A stretch of DNA of 63,141 bases, filler included, from Conidiobolus incongruus B7586 (Eukaryota): assembly GCA_000697335.1 (NCBI GenBank). It is 5 parts of 5 records of this genome, joined end to end, with 100 filler letters (N's around TTAATTAATTAA, not from the genome) between each part and the next. Parts side by side here need not be neighbours in the genome. Positions count along the whole stretch, not along the records: positions 50,106 to 63,141 come from JNEM01000113.1; 4 more parts are not named here. One strand, written 5' to 3'. Of this stretch, positions 62,001-63,141 are shown one piece after another. The position numbers were made by a program, and so were the translations under genes. Below the pieces are notes generated by a model. The model was given only the letters and a program-made list of their open reading frames with translations, searched no databases and had not been told where the DNA came from. Numbering within the stretch: position 1 is the stretch's first letter; every line of letters begins with the position of its first letter.

Positions 62001-63141
62001 AAATCTGAAGTGCTTGAAATCCAATAATAAAGATAATCAGTATATAAATTGATAGAATAATATAAAATTGCACAAGGATATATATTAAATTAACACAATT
62101 AATCAATTTCAACTTATTTATCACCGTAACTTTAACAAATTTAAATTGATAATTTTTTTACCTTAATTTATTAATACAGTCAATCATAGATACTCTAACA
62201 TCTAGTAATTGATTGAATATTCACTAAAACTTAATAAAATATTACCTAAATTTGACGAATTTAGAAAAATTTGATTTACATTATGATCCCACTACCAATC
62301 ATTAATATTAAATATTAAAATTTTACTTATAATAACTACTCTAACTTTCAATTTCATAAAAATTACAGCATATGTTAACCCTCCCTGAAATTCTTTACAA
62401 AGGGTAAATTTCTAAAATATACTACTCATTAATTACTTTTAATGACATATTCATTATAACTTCTTACCAAATCACTTGAAGTAGTCCAAAATTTGGGGAT
62501 TTAACATGGTTTGAAATATACCATGAATTCTTTGGTGATTTTTGTCAAGAGTTTCAAATAGTGTTAGATTCATGATAATAGATTGGATATTTGGAATAAA
62601 ATGGAATGAAATTTTATTCTTCTCAATTGGTATAATATTGGGCTAAAATATTGGAAATTCAATTTCCAAGCTAAAGTGATTAAAAAATCAAAGTAAAGTT
62701 AATAGTTATTTAGTGACTATTATTATTAAGTTTTGAAATAAAATGATCAAATATAAGAATATCACTCTATTTAATACTTATTTACTTTATTATTATTTAT
62801 AATAAAAGAATTATTTATTAAATTCCAAATTAAAATTATATTTTTTCAATTTTTATATAATTTTATTAAATTTTTGTTATAAATATAAATTTAACTATAT
62901 TAAAAAATTTAATTCAAATATACTTTATGATATATTGAATTCAATTAATTCATTAAGTGTTTATTAATATTAAAGAATATTCCAAATATTTCAAAATTAA
63001 TTAAATTATAATTTTGATTAAATTTAATATTAATATTATGGATTTTTAATAAAAAGATTTATTTGATATTAAAAATATATTAATATTTCAAAATATAATT
63101 TATAAAAATAAATAAATAAAATAAAATTAAAACTATTTTTT

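Overview
Very AT-rich eukaryotic nuclear DNA with short (47-59 nt) spliceosomal introns. The gene content is fungal (fungal-specific TF domains, Reg1-like, PIN-like transporter). An animal-like LAMTOR2 and the extreme AT content suggest an early-diverging fungus, possibly Entomophthoromycotina or another Zoopagomycota; this is inference only. Four artificial scaffold spacers (N44-TTAATTAATTAA-N44) join five contigs. Intact genes: Nup58/Nup49, Yra1/ALYREF-like, Rpn9, three proteins with only a Fungal_trans-type domain, a PIN-like (AEC) transporter, a small coiled-coil protein, Did2/CHMP1, LAMTOR2, Reg1-like and a divergent transcriptional cyclin. Decayed genes: two more TF paralogs, two ECH1 copies, a secreted Cys-repeat protein and probable F-box/LRR relics. 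The main hidden signals are three. (1) At least four mariner (DD34D) copies and one Tc1-like copy, invisible to the ORF track, destroyed by near-saturating C>T/G>A hypermutation that looks like RIP-type genome defence. (2) The mariner family has long TIRs (about 200-250 bp) that contain the transposase C-terminal coding sequence. (3) An oriented TCCCATAA element lies about 90-125 bp upstream of several housekeeping genes. All translations, splice models and motif counts were done by eye.
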